The notes under the pieces were generated by a model. That model did not search any database. It worked only from the letters and a program-made list of their open reading frames with translations, and had not been told where the DNA came from. From contig SVSQ01000001.1 in NCBI GenBank assembly GCA_015064245.1, positions 11,433-75,432 on the forward strand: a DNA stretch of 64,000 bases, written 5' to 3'. The DNA is from Oscillospiraceae bacterium. Its GTDB lineage: Bacteria > Bacillota > Clostridia > Oscillospirales > CAG-272. Position 1 is the first letter of the stretch. The number at the start of each line of letters is the position of its first letter. A program made the translations under genes and the position numbers. Below are positions 63,599 through 64,000 of this stretch, in pieces.

Positions 63599-64000
63599 TT
63601 AAACGAGCTCAACCCCTTCGTCGCCCTTGACGATCTCACCTATAACGTAAGCGTCCTCGCCGTGAGCCTTGAGCAGCTCGATAGCCGCGTCAACGTCCTC
63701 TTTTGCAACGACGATGGACATGCCGACACCCATATTGTAGGTGTTATACATATCTCTTTCGGGAATATCGCCGACCTTCGCGATAACGTCAAAGATAGGA
63801 AGCACCTTGATAGCGCTCTTATCGATCTTAGCCATAAGTCCGTCCGGGATACTTCTCGGAATGTTCTCGTAGAAGCCGCCGCCCGTGATGTGGCTGATAC
63901 CCTTGACATTTACCTTTTCAAGCAGAGCAAGAACGGGCTTAACGTAGATCCTCGTAGGAACGAGAAGCGCTTCCGCAATTGTCTTTCCGCCCAGATCCTC
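63599..64000 (-). CDS. purM: phosphoribosylformylglycinamidine cyclo-ligase, C-terminal part (5' end outside the window)
   Basis: The frame stays open to the window edge. It reads ..LLVPTRIYVKPVLALLEKVNVKGISHITGGGFYENIPRSIPDGLMAKID..MGVGMSIVV.. Confidence 0.85.
   Translation of the reverse strand, partial: EDLGGKTIAEALLVPTRIYVKPVLALLEKVNVKGISHITGGGFYENIPRSIPDGLMAKIDKSAIKVLPIFDVIAKVGDIPERDMYNTYNMGVGMSIVVAKEDVDAAIELLKAHGEDAYVIGEIVKGDEGVELV

Noticed and set aside
1-64000. Mobile genetic elements (IS, prophage, integrative element)
   Set aside because: No transposase, integrase, recombinase, phage structural or conjugation gene is recognisable in any frame. Only non-coding repeats and compositional hints are present.

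Overview
This is a 64-kb chromosomal window that looks like a Clostridia-class Firmicute. That placement is an inference from WhiA, ClpE, ThyX, Lgt, aaaggag-type RBSs, many exact TTGACA-17-TATAAT promoters and CCA-encoding tRNAs. I call 46 protein genes (41 on the minus strand), one five-tRNA operon (Val-Asp-Phe-Gly-Cys), 11 promoters, 9 terminators and several intergenic repeat families. Housekeeping blocks are purM-purN-purD-purL, thyX, folD, lgt, whiA, clpE, hpt, an M16 peptidase pair, pepF and a purine/nucleobase permease. Unusual blocks: (i) At 40.8-54.0 kb there is a tightly packed 7-gene operon. It combines two MalF/MalG-type permease pairs and a 1099-aa solute-binding protein with a 1091-aa secreted protein and a 745-aa NHL-propeller/Yip1 membrane protein, and has no ATPase or regulator gene. 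(ii) At 17.0-25.2 kb there is an Opp-type ABC system. Its OppC-like permease carries a ~300-aa RCC1-repeat domain in the first external loop, and its OppF-like ATPase carries a ~190-aa coiled-coil insertion. (iii) At 8.0-12.2 kb lies the only plus-strand gene run. It ends in a cytoplasmic metzincin-like protease and a low-GC TIR + Sel1-repeat protein, a candidate NADase/defence-type module that matches no known system architecture. (iv) A GGNGG-repeat (PGRS-like) secreted protein is translationally coupled to an AAC(3)-family acetyltransferase. (v) Non-coding features include a ~0.4-kb dispersed repeat (two full and two partial copies), a GTAGGGGAG-hairpin repeat family, a GATGAAAT motif array next to the tRNA operon, and an atypical tRNA-Cys. 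I saw no transposase, integrase, CRISPR array, rRNA or recognisable riboswitch. All homology statements come from reading the translations, not from database searches.
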